64,000 nt of DNA from Myxococcota bacterium (GTDB taxonomy: Bacteria > Myxococcota_A > UBA9042 > PHBI01 > JAWLBL01). The stretch is taken from positions 323,461 to 387,460 of the forward strand of contig JAWLBL010000001.1 of NCBI GenBank assembly GCA_041687695.1, in the 5' to 3' direction. How positions within the stretch are numbered: the first letter of the stretch is position 1; each line of letters starts with the position of its first letter. Below are positions 31,556-40,807 of this stretch, piece after piece. The translations under genes were made by a program, and so were the position numbers. The notes beneath the pieces were generated by a model. That model saw only the letters and a program-made list of their open reading frames with translations. It was not told the origin of the DNA and ran no database searches.

Positions 31556-33232
31556 CTATTTAGCACCCGCGGATCGGTCTTGCAACTCGGGTGCGGGCGC
31601 CGGTCGCGTCGAGGGGTCGACGGCGGCGTCCGACGGGGCGAGCAGGGGCTCGCGGAGCGGCTCGGGGGCGAGGACGGGGGCGGTCGCCTGCGACGTGGCG
31701 TCGACCAGCTCGACGCGCTTGATGCCGCGCTGGTCGACGATGAGGCGGACGCGCTCGGTCTCGACCTGACGGTCGCGGCCGCGCCCCGAGGTCAGCCGGA
31801 GGACGAAGTTGACGTGGTAGACGCGGGCGCACGGGACGCTGACCAGCTCCCAGGTCTCGGGGTGGACCAGCCGGTAGGTCTCATAGGGGGCGTCCATGCG
31901 CTCGCGCAGGCGGCTCACGTTGAAGCGGATGATGTCGTTCAAGCCCTCGAGGCCGTCGAGGTGCTCGCCGAGCGCCTCGGACTCGAGGGTGATCTCCTTG
32001 GAGTAGTGGACGACGACCTCGGGGCGTCCGTCCTCGGCCACGGTGCTCGGGTGGTCGATGTGCCTCAGGCGCTGGATCTCGGGATCGAGCCGGTGCGGGT
32101 CGACGACGCGGCACGCCTCGGCGCAGCGCCCGATGACGCGGCGGCCCTCGGCGTCCAGGATCTGGATGACGTGGTCGGGGACCCATCGGGCGAAGCGGCG
32201 GCCCAGGTAGCGCTTGCCCCACTCCTTGATGCGGTCCTTGATCATGTACGAGATCACGGCCGCCACGATGAAGGGCATGCTGAAGACGCCGTAGGCCAGC
32301 TGGGCCCAGATGCCGACCAGGACGGCGAAGAGCATGGCCGCCGCCGCCGCGACCATGCCGATGAGGTCCCGGGTGATGCGTCCGGCCTCCTCGTGGCGGA
32401 TGTCCAGGTACAGCGCGCTCGACACGATGCGCTTCAAGATGCGCCGGCGGTACGGGAAGGCCTCGTTCTCGTCGTCCTCGAGGACGTAGCTGGGGTAGGC
32501 CCGGGCGCGGCGATAGTGGTAGTGGCCGACGGCCATCTCGGCGACGACGTCCCGGACCGAGGTCAGCGGCGAGGCGTCGTCCGACCAGGCGCCGACGCGC
32601 TCGTCGACCAGCTCCACCAGGGCGGTCGAGACGTCCTCGGCGACCAGCGCCGTGTACTCGTCGACGGCGAACCAGGTCTCGCGGACCTGGGCGGGCACGT
32701 CGTCCCGCTCGGCGCCGTGGCCCAGCTCGCGCAGGCGGTCGAGCGCCCGGCGGACCTCGGCGACCAGCTCGACGATGGAGCCGGCCAGCTCGCGCTCGCG
32801 CACGCCGGCGAGGCCGGTGTCGATCGGCGGCAGCTGCGCGAACTGGTCGCCCACCCGGATGAGCACGTCGCGTAGCGACGAGCGGTAGATGCAGCCGAGC
32901 AGCTTGAGCCGGCTGGCGAGCCGCGTCGCCTGGCGCGGCCGGAGCGGCACCGGGGTCTTCAGGGCGTCGCGGATGGGCCCGAACCACTCGTCCGACTGCC
33001 CCGCGCGGGCCAGGATGCCGATGGGCACGCGCGGCGTCTTGAGCCGCACGAAGACCGACGTGTCCTCGTAGAAGCGCTCGGCGCCGTAGGTGTACCCGTC
33101 GAGCCCCAGCGAACGCGGGATGAACATGAAGGTCTCGACGCGGTACGACTGGCGCTGACCGGGCCGGAGCAGGTAGGCGAGCTTGAGTTCGAGCTGGTTG
33201 GCGTCGTGGGGTTCGAGGCGGCGATCGAGCAA
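31556..33232 (-). CDS. Hypothetical membrane protein (soluble domains flanking a transmembrane hairpin)
   Basis: 558-aa ORF with TTG start and coding codon bias; IGMVAAAAAMLFAVLVGIWA...FIVAAVISYMIKDRIKEWGK hydrophobic hairpin. Confidence 0.75.
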   Translation of the reverse strand: MLDRRLEPHDANQLELKLAYLLRPGQRQSYRVETFMFIPRSLGLDGYTYGAERFYEDTSVFVRLKTPRVPIGILARAGQSDEWFGPIRDALKTPVPLRPRQATRLASRLKLLGCIYRSSLRDVLIRVGDQFAQLPPIDTGLAGVRERELAGSIVELVAEVRRALDRLRELGHGAERDDVPAQVRETWFAVDEYTALVAEDVSTALVELVDERVGAWSDDASPLTSVRDVVAEMAVGHYHYRRARAYPSYVLEDDENEAFPYRRRILKRIVSSALYLDIRHEEAGRITRDLIGMVAAAAAMLFAVLVGIWAQLAYGVFSMPFIVAAVISYMIKDRIKEWGKRYLGRRFARWVPDHVIQILDAEGRRVIGRCAEACRVVDPHRLDPEIQRLRHIDHPSTVAEDGRPEVVVHYSKEITLESEALGEHLDGLEGLNDIIRFNVSRLRERMDAPYETYRLVHPETWELVSVPCARVYHVNFVLRLTSGRGRDRQVETERVRLIVDQRGIKRVELVDATSQATAPVLAPEPLREPLLAPSDAAVDPSTRPAPAPELQDRSAGAK

Positions 33233-33317
33233 TCGAGGTTCCGGGCGTGACAGGGGAGCGGACGTCGGGTGACATCTTTGTTACAGCGTCCCCGCGTTCG
33301 TGTCACGTTGGCGCCCC

Positions 33318-34124
33318 TCAGGTCCCCGACCCGGCCGCCCCCTCCTCGTCCGGGTTGCGGCGCCGGGTCCGAGGCCGCCGCCGGCGGGACAGCCGTGGCC
33401 GCCGGGGCTCGTCGAGGCCGTAGGCGCGTCGGATGCGCTCGAGGCGCTTGTCGTAGCCGCCGAGCAGCTTGTCCCAACGGCGCAGCCCGACGCGCAGCCG
33501 CTCGACGCGACGCCTGAGTACCGCGATCACCTCGTCCGCCTGCGCCGCCGACGAGCGCGCGGTCGCCGCCGCCTTGGGATCGACGGCGCCGTTGCCCGAC
33601 GGACGCGCCGGCAACTCGGTCACCAGGCGCTCTAGCTCGCGCGCCAGCTGACTCCAGGCCTCCAGCTCGTCCACGCCGAAGCCGAACTCGACGAGGTCCT
33701 GCAGCCCCTTGGCGCCCTCTACGGTGGCGGTCGAGAACAGCGCGTCGCCGCCCTCGGTCCGCATCGCCGGGCGCAGGATGCCCCGATCGCGCCAGGCGAC
33801 CAGCATGACCTCGTCGACACCGCTGCGACGCGCCAGCTCCGACAGCCGGATGTAGGTCGGGGGCCGTTGGAACAGCCCCCGACGTTGGATCGGCAGCCCG
33901 ACCTTGCGCGCGATGGCGGCGATGTCCTTGGGCTGGTAGCCCAGCTCGACCAGCGACAGGACCTTCTCGAGCTGCTCGCGCGCCTCGGCCCCGTACAGCG
34001 GCGCCCCGTGGCCGTCCCGCGCGACCACGCGGAGCAGCCCGAGGCGCTCGAGCTCGCTGACGAAACTCGGCGCCGGGTCGAGGCCCTCGAACAGCTCGTC
34101 CCAGGTCCAGGTCTCGCGCGACAT
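33318..34124 (-). CDS. Transcriptional regulator with two tandem MerR-like HTH domains and a coiled coil
   Basis: ELERLGLL...G.PLY....LVELGY..KDI and LSELARRSGV.....AWRDRGIL.P..RTEGG..LF....LVEFGF..DEL. Confidence 0.8.
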   Translation of the reverse strand: MSRETWTWDELFEGLDPAPSFVSELERLGLLRVVARDGHGAPLYGAEAREQLEKVLSLVELGYQPKDIAAIARKVGLPIQRRGLFQRPPTYIRLSELARRSGVDEVMLVAWRDRGILRPAMRTEGGDALFSTATVEGAKGLQDLVEFGFGVDELEAWSQLARELERLVTELPARPSGNGAVDPKAAATARSSAAQADEVIAVLRRRVERLRVGLRRWDKLLGGYDKRLERIRRAYGLDEPRRPRLSRRRRPRTRRRNPDEEGAAGSGT

Positions 34125-34139
34125 CTTGCTTCTCGTCGG

Positions 34140-35963
34140 CTACTTCTCGTCGGACTCGCTGGCCTTGGCGGACTTGCGGCTCCGCGAGCTGGGCTTGCGC
34201 CCCGTCGCGGGGGTCTCGTCCGCGGACGCCTCGGCCGCGGCCTCGGCCTTCTTGCTCCGGCTACGGGTGGCCTTCGTGGCAGGCTTGGCCTCGGCCTCGG
34301 CCTCGGCCTCGGCCTTCTTGGCCGCCGGTGCCTTGCGTCCGCGGCCGCGCGTGGCGCGCGCCGTCTTGGTGTCGGGCTTGGCCGCCTCGGCCTCGCTCGG
34401 CGCCGCGGACTCGACCTCGGCCGTCGCCGGCTCGGGCTGGGCCTGGGTGGCCGCCTTCGTCGGCTTCGCCTGGGGCTTGGGCTCCGGCTTGGCCTCAAGC
34501 TTGGGCTCCGGCTTGGCTTCAGGCTTGGGCTCCGGCCTGGCTGCGGCCTTGGCCGCCTCGGGCTTGGTCGCCTCGGGCTTCGGCGCGGGCTTGGCCTCGG
34601 CCTTCGCTTCGGCCTGCGGCTCGGGCGCGATCGTCGCCTCGGCCTCGGACGCCACGGGCTTGGGGGCGCTGGGGCGCGCCGCCGCGCGGATCCGCCGACG
34701 CTCCTCGCGCGTCAACTTCCGGCCACCGCCCTCGCCCTCGCCTTCGTCCTCGTAGCGCTCGTCGTAGCGCTCCTCGTAGCGCTCCTCGACGCGGGCCGGG
34801 GGCCGCGGCGCCTCGACCTCCGCGGCCGGCGCGGGCTCGGCCGCACGCGCCGCGCGAGGGGCCTCGGCCGCTTCGCCGCGCATCGCCGCCAGCAGCTCGT
34901 CCGCCGGGCGCGCCACGTTGCGCACCCGGTCGACCCACACGATGTCGGGGAAGGCCTTGAGGAAGCTGGTGAAGGTCCGATACCCGAGGCCCAGCTCGTC
35001 GAAGTCCGGCGCGACCTCCTGCAGAGTGTCCTTCAGCCGCGACAGACGCACCGGCTCGTCGTCCTCGGCGGCGGCCAGGATCGCGCGGCTGAGCGCGTCA
35101 CGCGCCTCGGCCTCGACCTCGGGCAGCAGCTTCGGCGGCGGCGCCTTGGGCCTGTCCGGGCCGCCACGACCCCGCGACGACGCGGCCTCGCTCGGCTCCT
35201 CGTCCATGTGCTGCGGCGCGCCGCGGCCGATGCGCACCATGCCGCCCTCGAGCACCTGGACCAGGTGCTCGTAGTTGCGCAGGAAGCGCGTGAACGAGCT
35301 CGCCCCGTAGTTGCGCTCGTTGAAGGTCGGATCCTGCTTGCGCATGCGATCCTTGAGCAGGCTCGCCTTGAAGGTCGAGCCGTAGTCGTCGACCACGTGC
35401 TCGAGCGCGCGCTTGAGCCGGACCTCGCCCTCCTCGACCGAGTAGCCCTGCACCCGCTGGCCGACGAGGGTCTCGTAGAAGATGAACTCGTGGCACTGCT
35501 TGACGAGGATCTGGCTGGCCGCGCTCTTGGCCGACAGGCCGACGACCCGCTTGCCGTGATCCCGCAGGCGCTGCGCCAGGATGCCGAAGTCGCTGTCGCC
35601 CGAGCAGATGACGAAGGTCTCGATGTGGTGGCGCGTGAAGAGGATCTCCATCGCGTCGACGCAGATCGCCGTGTCGGTGCGGTTCTTGTCGCTGACGCCG
35701 TAGCTCGGCAGGAACACCATCTGCACGCCTTCCTCGAGGAACTGGCGCTGATGGCGTCGGTAGCGGCCCCAGTCGGCGTAGGCGCGGCGGATCATCACGT
35801 CGCCGCGCTCGTTCAGGGCGTCGATCACCTTCTTGACGGTGAACTCGTCCTGGATGCCGAGGACGATGTTCTCGAGGTCGAAGAAGACCGCGATGCCCCC
35901 AAGGTCGTCGCCGCTGCCGCTCGGTGTCTGGTCGGCGTCGACGAGGCTCTCTCTGATTCGCAT
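34140..35963 (-). CDS. NYN (LabA/DUF88) nuclease with two OST-HTH/LOTUS domains and a K/A/P/E-rich tail (607 aa)
   Basis: FFDLENI, RAYADW, KNRTDTAICVDAM, SGDSDF; LOTUS motifs DPTFNERNYGASSFTRFL and PDFDELGLGYRTFTSFL. Confidence 0.9.
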   Translation of the reverse strand: MRIRESLVDADQTPSGSGDDLGGIAVFFDLENIVLGIQDEFTVKKVIDALNERGDVMIRRAYADWGRYRRHQRQFLEEGVQMVFLPSYGVSDKNRTDTAICVDAMEILFTRHHIETFVICSGDSDFGILAQRLRDHGKRVVGLSAKSAASQILVKQCHEFIFYETLVGQRVQGYSVEEGEVRLKRALEHVVDDYGSTFKASLLKDRMRKQDPTFNERNYGASSFTRFLRNYEHLVQVLEGGMVRIGRGAPQHMDEEPSEAASSRGRGGPDRPKAPPPKLLPEVEAEARDALSRAILAAAEDDEPVRLSRLKDTLQEVAPDFDELGLGYRTFTSFLKAFPDIVWVDRVRNVARPADELLAAMRGEAAEAPRAARAAEPAPAAEVEAPRPPARVEERYEERYDERYEDEGEGEGGGRKLTREERRRIRAAARPSAPKPVASEAEATIAPEPQAEAKAEAKPAPKPEATKPEAAKAAARPEPKPEAKPEPKLEAKPEPKPQAKPTKAATQAQPEPATAEVESAAPSEAEAAKPDTKTARATRGRGRKAPAAKKAEAEAEAEAKPATKATRSRSKKAEAAAEASADETPATGRKPSSRSRKSAKASESDEK

Positions 35964-36188
35964 GAAGTCCTGTGTTCCGTTGGTTCGGGAGCGCGCGCGG
36001 GACGCCCGCCGGGCGGGCCTCGTCACTGGAGGCCAGGCCCTCGGGCCGTCACGCTCGCGCCCTTTCGCGTCCAGGTCCGGCGCCGCGCACCCTCGCGGAC
36101 CGCCGGGGCGCGCCACCGCAGCCCCGCGGCCGCGCGCCATTCGCATCCGACCCCGGCCTGGACGGCGCGGCGATCGGTGCGGGGGACG

Positions 36189-37736
36189 TTAGCGGGTTTG
36201 CGAAGGCTTGTCGATCACGGCGCCGTCGCCTTCGTCACCGCGCGTCAGCCGGTCACGCAGCACGCGCTTGACGATCTTGCCCGACGGCCCGATCGGCATG
36301 GCCTCCACGAAGTGGACCTCGCGCGGCACCTTGTAGCGGCTCAGGCGCTCGCGGCAGTAGGCGGCCAGCTCGTCGGCGGCGGCGCGGGCCCCCGGGCGCA
36401 GCGTCACGAAGGCGACGACCTCTTCGCCGTAGAAGGGATCCGGGCGCCCGACGACCGCGGCCTGCGCGACGGCCGGGTGCGCGCACAGGGTCTGCTCGAC
36501 CTCGGACGGGTACACGTTGTAGCCGCCGCGGATGATGAGGTCCTTGGTGCGATCGACCACCGTCAGGCGCCCGTCGGCGTCCAGGCGCCCGACGTCGCCC
36601 GTGTGCATCCAGCCGCCGCGCAGGGCCTCGTCCGTGGCCGCCGGGTCGTCCAGGTAGGCCGTCATGACGTTGTGGCCGCGGACCAGCACCTGCCCCTCGG
36701 CGCCCACCGGCACGTCGCGATCCTGCCCGTCGACCACACGGACCTCGATGCCCCAGACCGGCCGCCCGACCGTCCCGGCGACGCGCGCGTCGGGGGGCGC
36801 GTTCAGGGTCGAGAAGGTCGCCTCGGTCATCCCGTAGCCCTGCCGCACCTCGGCGCCCAGGCGGTCCTCGGCGCGCTGGCGGATGTCGTCGGGCAGGGGC
36901 GCGCCGGCGCTGAGCGCCCACCGGAGCCGCTCGGGCCGAGGGCCGTCGGGCAGGCCGGCCCAGGCCGCGAACATGGTCGGGACGGCCGGGATCCAGGTCA
37001 CGCCCTGCGCGTGGGCGGCCTCGAGGCTGCGCGCGGCGTCGAAGCGCGGGGTCAGCACGCAGCGGGCGCCGGCGAAGAACGGGGCCAGCAGGACCATGCG
37101 GCTGCCGTAGGAGTGGGTCAGCGGCAGCACGCCCAGCACCACGTCGTCGGGCCCCAGGGCCAGCGCGTGATGGACCAGGATGGCCGTGTGGGTCAGGAGC
37201 GACGCGTGCGACAGGGCGGCGCCCTTGGCCTGCCCCGTGGTGCCCGACGTGTACAGAACCATGGCCGCGTCGCCCGGCGCACGATCGGCGGGGTGTTCCA
37301 GCGGCGTCGCGTCGGCCCCGAGCTCGCCGAGCGGCGCCAGGGCCGCGGCGCGGCGGGCCTGCGAGAGGCCGGCTTCGGCCGTGGCGAGGCGCTCGGCGTC
37401 GGCCAGCAGGAGATCGCAGGCGGCGTGATCGACGCGGTGGGCGACCTCGGGTGGGGCCGACAGGATGGGGACCGGGACCACGGTCGCGCCGGCGTAGAGC
37501 ACGCCGAAGTAGGCCTCGACGTACGCGCGGCCGTTGGCGCCCATCAAGGCGACGCGCGCGCCCGGGGCGTGTCCGGCGGCGGCCAGCGCGCCCGCGACCC
37601 TGGCGGCGCCGGCGTCCAGCTCGCCGTAGGTGACGGCCACGGGCGACGCGCCCGGCGCCCCCAGATCCACGATGGCGACCCGCTCGGGGTGGCGGCGCGC
37701 CGACTGTCTCAGCACCTGCCCGACGTTGATGCCCAT
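36189..37736 (-). CDS. Long-chain-fatty-acid--CoA ligase-like AMP-binding enzyme
   Basis: YTSGTTGQAKG, GYGMTE, GWMHTGD, DRTKDLIIRGGYNVYP, GPSGKI. Confidence 0.93.
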   Translation of the reverse strand: MGINVGQVLRQSARRHPERVAIVDLGAPGASPVAVTYGELDAGAARVAGALAAAGHAPGARVALMGANGRAYVEAYFGVLYAGATVVPVPILSAPPEVAHRVDHAACDLLLADAERLATAEAGLSQARRAAALAPLGELGADATPLEHPADRAPGDAAMVLYTSGTTGQAKGAALSHASLLTHTAILVHHALALGPDDVVLGVLPLTHSYGSRMVLLAPFFAGARCVLTPRFDAARSLEAAHAQGVTWIPAVPTMFAAWAGLPDGPRPERLRWALSAGAPLPDDIRQRAEDRLGAEVRQGYGMTEATFSTLNAPPDARVAGTVGRPVWGIEVRVVDGQDRDVPVGAEGQVLVRGHNVMTAYLDDPAATDEALRGGWMHTGDVGRLDADGRLTVVDRTKDLIIRGGYNVYPSEVEQTLCAHPAVAQAAVVGRPDPFYGEEVVAFVTLRPGARAAADELAAYCRERLSRYKVPREVHFVEAMPIGPSGKIVKRVLRDRLTRGDEGDGAVIDKPSQTR

Positions 37737-37816
37737 GGCGGGGCACCTCGCCACCTGGGCCGCGGCCTGTCAAGACGGAGCTCACCACGACCGCCGCGAC
37801 CTGCTAGGCTCGGGTC

Positions 37817-38482
37817 ATGACGTCGCCGCCCTCCGACCCGCGCCCCGCCCGCTACGCCTACCTGCACGGGTTCGCCTCGGGCCCCCGCTCCCGCAAGGCC
37901 CTGGCCCTCGCGCCCGCGCTCGCGACCACCGGCCGCCGCCTCGAGCGCCCCGATCTGAACGTCCCCTCCTTCGCGCGCCTGACCCTGACCGGCGCCCTTT
38001 CGGCCATCGACGCCCTCGACGCCGCGGCGTCGCCCGCCGGCGCCCCCTGGCGCCTCATCGGGTCGTCCATGGGCGGCTACCTCGCGGCCCGCTGGGCCGA
38101 GCTGCACCCAGACCGCGTCGATCGCCTGGTCCTGCTGTGCCCCGGGTTCCGCCTCACCGAGCGCTGGCCCCACCTCATCGGCGCGGACGGGATGGCCCGC
38201 TGGCGCGCCCAGGGCGCCTACACCTTCCCCGACGGCGCCGGGACGCCGACCCCGGTCCACTGGGGCTTCATCGAGGACGCCCTGCGCCACCCCGGCGTCC
38301 CCGAGGTGCCCTGCCCCACCCTCATCGTGCACGGCCGCCGCGACGAGGTGGTCCCCGTCGCCCTGTCGCGCGAGTACGCCGCGAGCCGCCCGCACGTGAC
38401 CCTGCTCGAGCTCGACGACGATCACGCCCTGACCGCCAGCCTGCCCGCCATCGAGCAAGCCGTCCTGGCCTTCTTCGCGTGA
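37817..38482 (+). CDS. YqiA/YcfP (UPF0227) family alpha/beta hydrolase
   Basis: YLHGFASGPRSRKA, GSSMGG nucleophile elbow, HGRRDEVVP, DDDHAL. Confidence 0.9.
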   Translation: MTSPPSDPRPARYAYLHGFASGPRSRKALALAPALATTGRRLERPDLNVPSFARLTLTGALSAIDALDAAASPAGAPWRLIGSSMGGYLAARWAELHPDRVDRLVLLCPGFRLTERWPHLIGADGMARWRAQGAYTFPDGAGTPTPVHWGFIEDALRHPGVPEVPCPTLIVHGRRDEVVPVALSREYAASRPHVTLLELDDDHALTASLPAIEQAVLAFFA

Positions 38483-38485
38483 CCG

Positions 38486-40672
38486 TCAGCGCCGCTCGTC
38501 GAGGCGCACCAGACACTCGCAGCCGTCCAGCCAGTGGTAGGCGGCCCAGGCGCCCAGGACGCTGCGCACGTAGTTGCGCGCCTCCTCGAAGGGGAAGTCC
38601 TCGACGAACAGATCCAGGTCCTCTCGCTTGTCCTTCTTGAGCATCCGGCTGACCCGCCCCGGGCCGGCGTTGTAGGCCGCCAGCATCAGCGGCTTGGACC
38701 CGGCGTACTGCATCGCCATGCGCTCGAGCATGCGCACGCCCAGCAGGACGTTGTGGGGCGGATCGAAGAGATCGCCCTCGTCCGACGCCTCGGGCAGCAG
38801 ATCCCGCAGCCACGCGGCCGTCGCGGGCATGAGCTGCAGCAGCCCGCGGGCCCCCGCGTGGCTGACCGCGGTCGGCTCGTAGTAGCTCTCGATGCGCATG
38901 ACCGCCCACACGAGGTACGGGTCGACCCCGGCGGCCTCCGCCTCGCGCGTCACCCAGCCGCGAAACGGCGTCGGCCAGGCCTCGCGCCACAGATCCTGGT
39001 AGCCGTCGTGCGGCGACCACGAGCCGGCCCGCTCGAGCGCGTTCAGGGCGACCCGGGTCCCCGCCCGGTGCCCGCCCGCCGCGTGCAGCATGCGCGCTGC
39101 CCACAGCGCTCGCCCGGTGTGCCCCTCGAAGCCGGCCCGGCGGATCTCGGCCTCCATCGCCTCGAACAGCCCCCACCGCTGCAGCGCCGCCACCCGCCCG
39201 GCCGCCTCCCGCGCCGCCCCGTCGACGGCCCAGTCCGGCTCGGCCGCGCTCGGTCCGCCCAGCGCCCGCGCCTCCTCGACCAGCGTCCGCAGCTCGGCCG
39301 CCCGCTCCGGCGCCAGCGCCTCGAGCGCCTCGAGGCTGCGCAGCCCGTACCACGAGATCGGGTGCTGCTCGGCCGCCCGCGCGAACGCGTCGACCGCCCG
39401 ATCGCGGTCCCCCGCCGCCTGCCAGGTGCGCCCCAGCCAGTACTCGACGCGCCCCCAGTCGCGCTGGCGGCTCGCGCCATAGCCGTGGTCCACCAGCGTC
39501 CCCAGGATCTCGGCCGCCGCCGCGTAGCGCCCCTTCTCGAACTGCGAGCGCCACAGGGCCATCGCCTCGTCCCCGACCGGGTCGAAGCCGACCAGCCGCC
39601 CGAAGCGCCGCTGCACCGCCTTCTTCAGCGGCGCCAGCGCGCCCTCCGCCTGCGCCAGCCCCTGCAGCGCCGTCAGCCCCTCGCGCCGCGCCTGCTCGGG
39701 GTCGCGTCGCTCCATCCAGGCCACCGCCTCGTCCAGCTCCCGCACCTCGTCGGCCGCGAAGGCCAGCCGCGCCAGGTAGACGGCGGCCTGCCGGCTCGAC
39801 GCGTCGCCGGGGCAGGCGTCTCGCGCCTCGCGCAGGCGCGCCCGGACGTCCGTGGCCTTCGTCGACTTCAGCGTCGCCCGCGCCAGGCCGTGCAGCGCGG
39901 CGCACCGCACGCGCTCGTCGGTGTGGGGCAGCGACAGGGCGCGCTCGAACGCCTCGACCGCGGCGTTGCTGGCCCACGCGTCCAGCAGCAGCCAGCCTCG
40001 CTCGGCCTCGGCCGCGGCGTCGTCCATGGGCGGCAGCGCCATCACCAGCTTCGCCGGGACCCAGCTCAGGCGATCCCAGGGCACGCCCAGCCCCGAGGCG
40101 ATCACCGCGGCGGCGTCCTCGAGGGCGCCGGCCTCCTCGAGCAGCTGGGCCGTGACCTTCAGCGCCTCGCGTCCGCCCGGGGTGAGGTCGATGGCGCTGC
40201 GCGCCAGGCCGGCCGCGAGCACGGGATCCCGCTGGGCGAGGCCCCGCGCGGCCGTGGCCACCAGCCAGCCGCGGATCTCGGGCTCGATCACGGCGCCCAG
40301 CAGCACGCGCCCGACCGCCGCCGGGTCGCCCATCCGCGCCCAGATGGGGACGGCCGCGCTGGGCGTCAGCGGCGACTCGGGCGCCAGGCGCCCCCAGGTG
40401 TCCAGGACGCGCGCCGCCCCGGCCAGATCGCCGCGGGCACGCACCAGCACGCGCCCGACGAGGCCGGCGTCCAGGCGCAGGGGCTCGTCGGGGGGCGCGG
40501 GGGGCGTCGGCGACGGACGCGGCGTCGTGTCGCTCAGAGGCGGCGGCAGCGGCTCGGGCGTCGCCCAGGCGGACGGGCTCGCGAGCAGCAGCGCCAGCGC
40601 GACGACCAGCAGGGCTCGGAGCCCGCCCCGGTTCCGGTGTGGACCAATCGGAGCGGGCGAAACGGGCAGCAA
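38486..40672 (-). CDS. Soluble lytic murein transglycosylase (Slt70-like: TPR-like superhelix plus SLT domain); start approximate
   Basis: Signal peptide ending PSAWA; AVMRIES (catalytic Glu), AVSHAGARGLLQLMPATA, AAYNAGPG, PFEEARNYVRSV. Confidence 0.9.
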   Translation of the reverse strand: MLPVSPAPIGPHRNRGGLRALLVVALALLLASPSAWATPEPLPPPLSDTTPRPSPTPPAPPDEPLRLDAGLVGRVLVRARGDLAGAARVLDTWGRLAPESPLTPSAAVPIWARMGDPAAVGRVLLGAVIEPEIRGWLVATAARGLAQRDPVLAAGLARSAIDLTPGGREALKVTAQLLEEAGALEDAAAVIASGLGVPWDRLSWVPAKLVMALPPMDDAAAEAERGWLLLDAWASNAAVEAFERALSLPHTDERVRCAALHGLARATLKSTKATDVRARLREARDACPGDASSRQAAVYLARLAFAADEVRELDEAVAWMERRDPEQARREGLTALQGLAQAEGALAPLKKAVQRRFGRLVGFDPVGDEAMALWRSQFEKGRYAAAAEILGTLVDHGYGASRQRDWGRVEYWLGRTWQAAGDRDRAVDAFARAAEQHPISWYGLRSLEALEALAPERAAELRTLVEEARALGGPSAAEPDWAVDGAAREAAGRVAALQRWGLFEAMEAEIRRAGFEGHTGRALWAARMLHAAGGHRAGTRVALNALERAGSWSPHDGYQDLWREAWPTPFRGWVTREAEAAGVDPYLVWAVMRIESYYEPTAVSHAGARGLLQLMPATAAWLRDLLPEASDEGDLFDPPHNVLLGVRMLERMAMQYAGSKPLMLAAYNAGPGRVSRMLKKDKREDLDLFVEDFPFEEARNYVRSVLGAWAAYHWLDGCECLVRLDERR

Positions 40673-40807
40673 GCGGGCCTCCGGGGCGAAGCAGATACCA
40701 TCCCGAGCTTGAGGCCTGGGGAACTTCGGTTGAAGATTCGGGCATCTTCCTCGTCTGCGGCCGTGTTCCCGGGCTCGACGCCGAGCGCCTCGACCCCCGC
40801 GCTGTCC

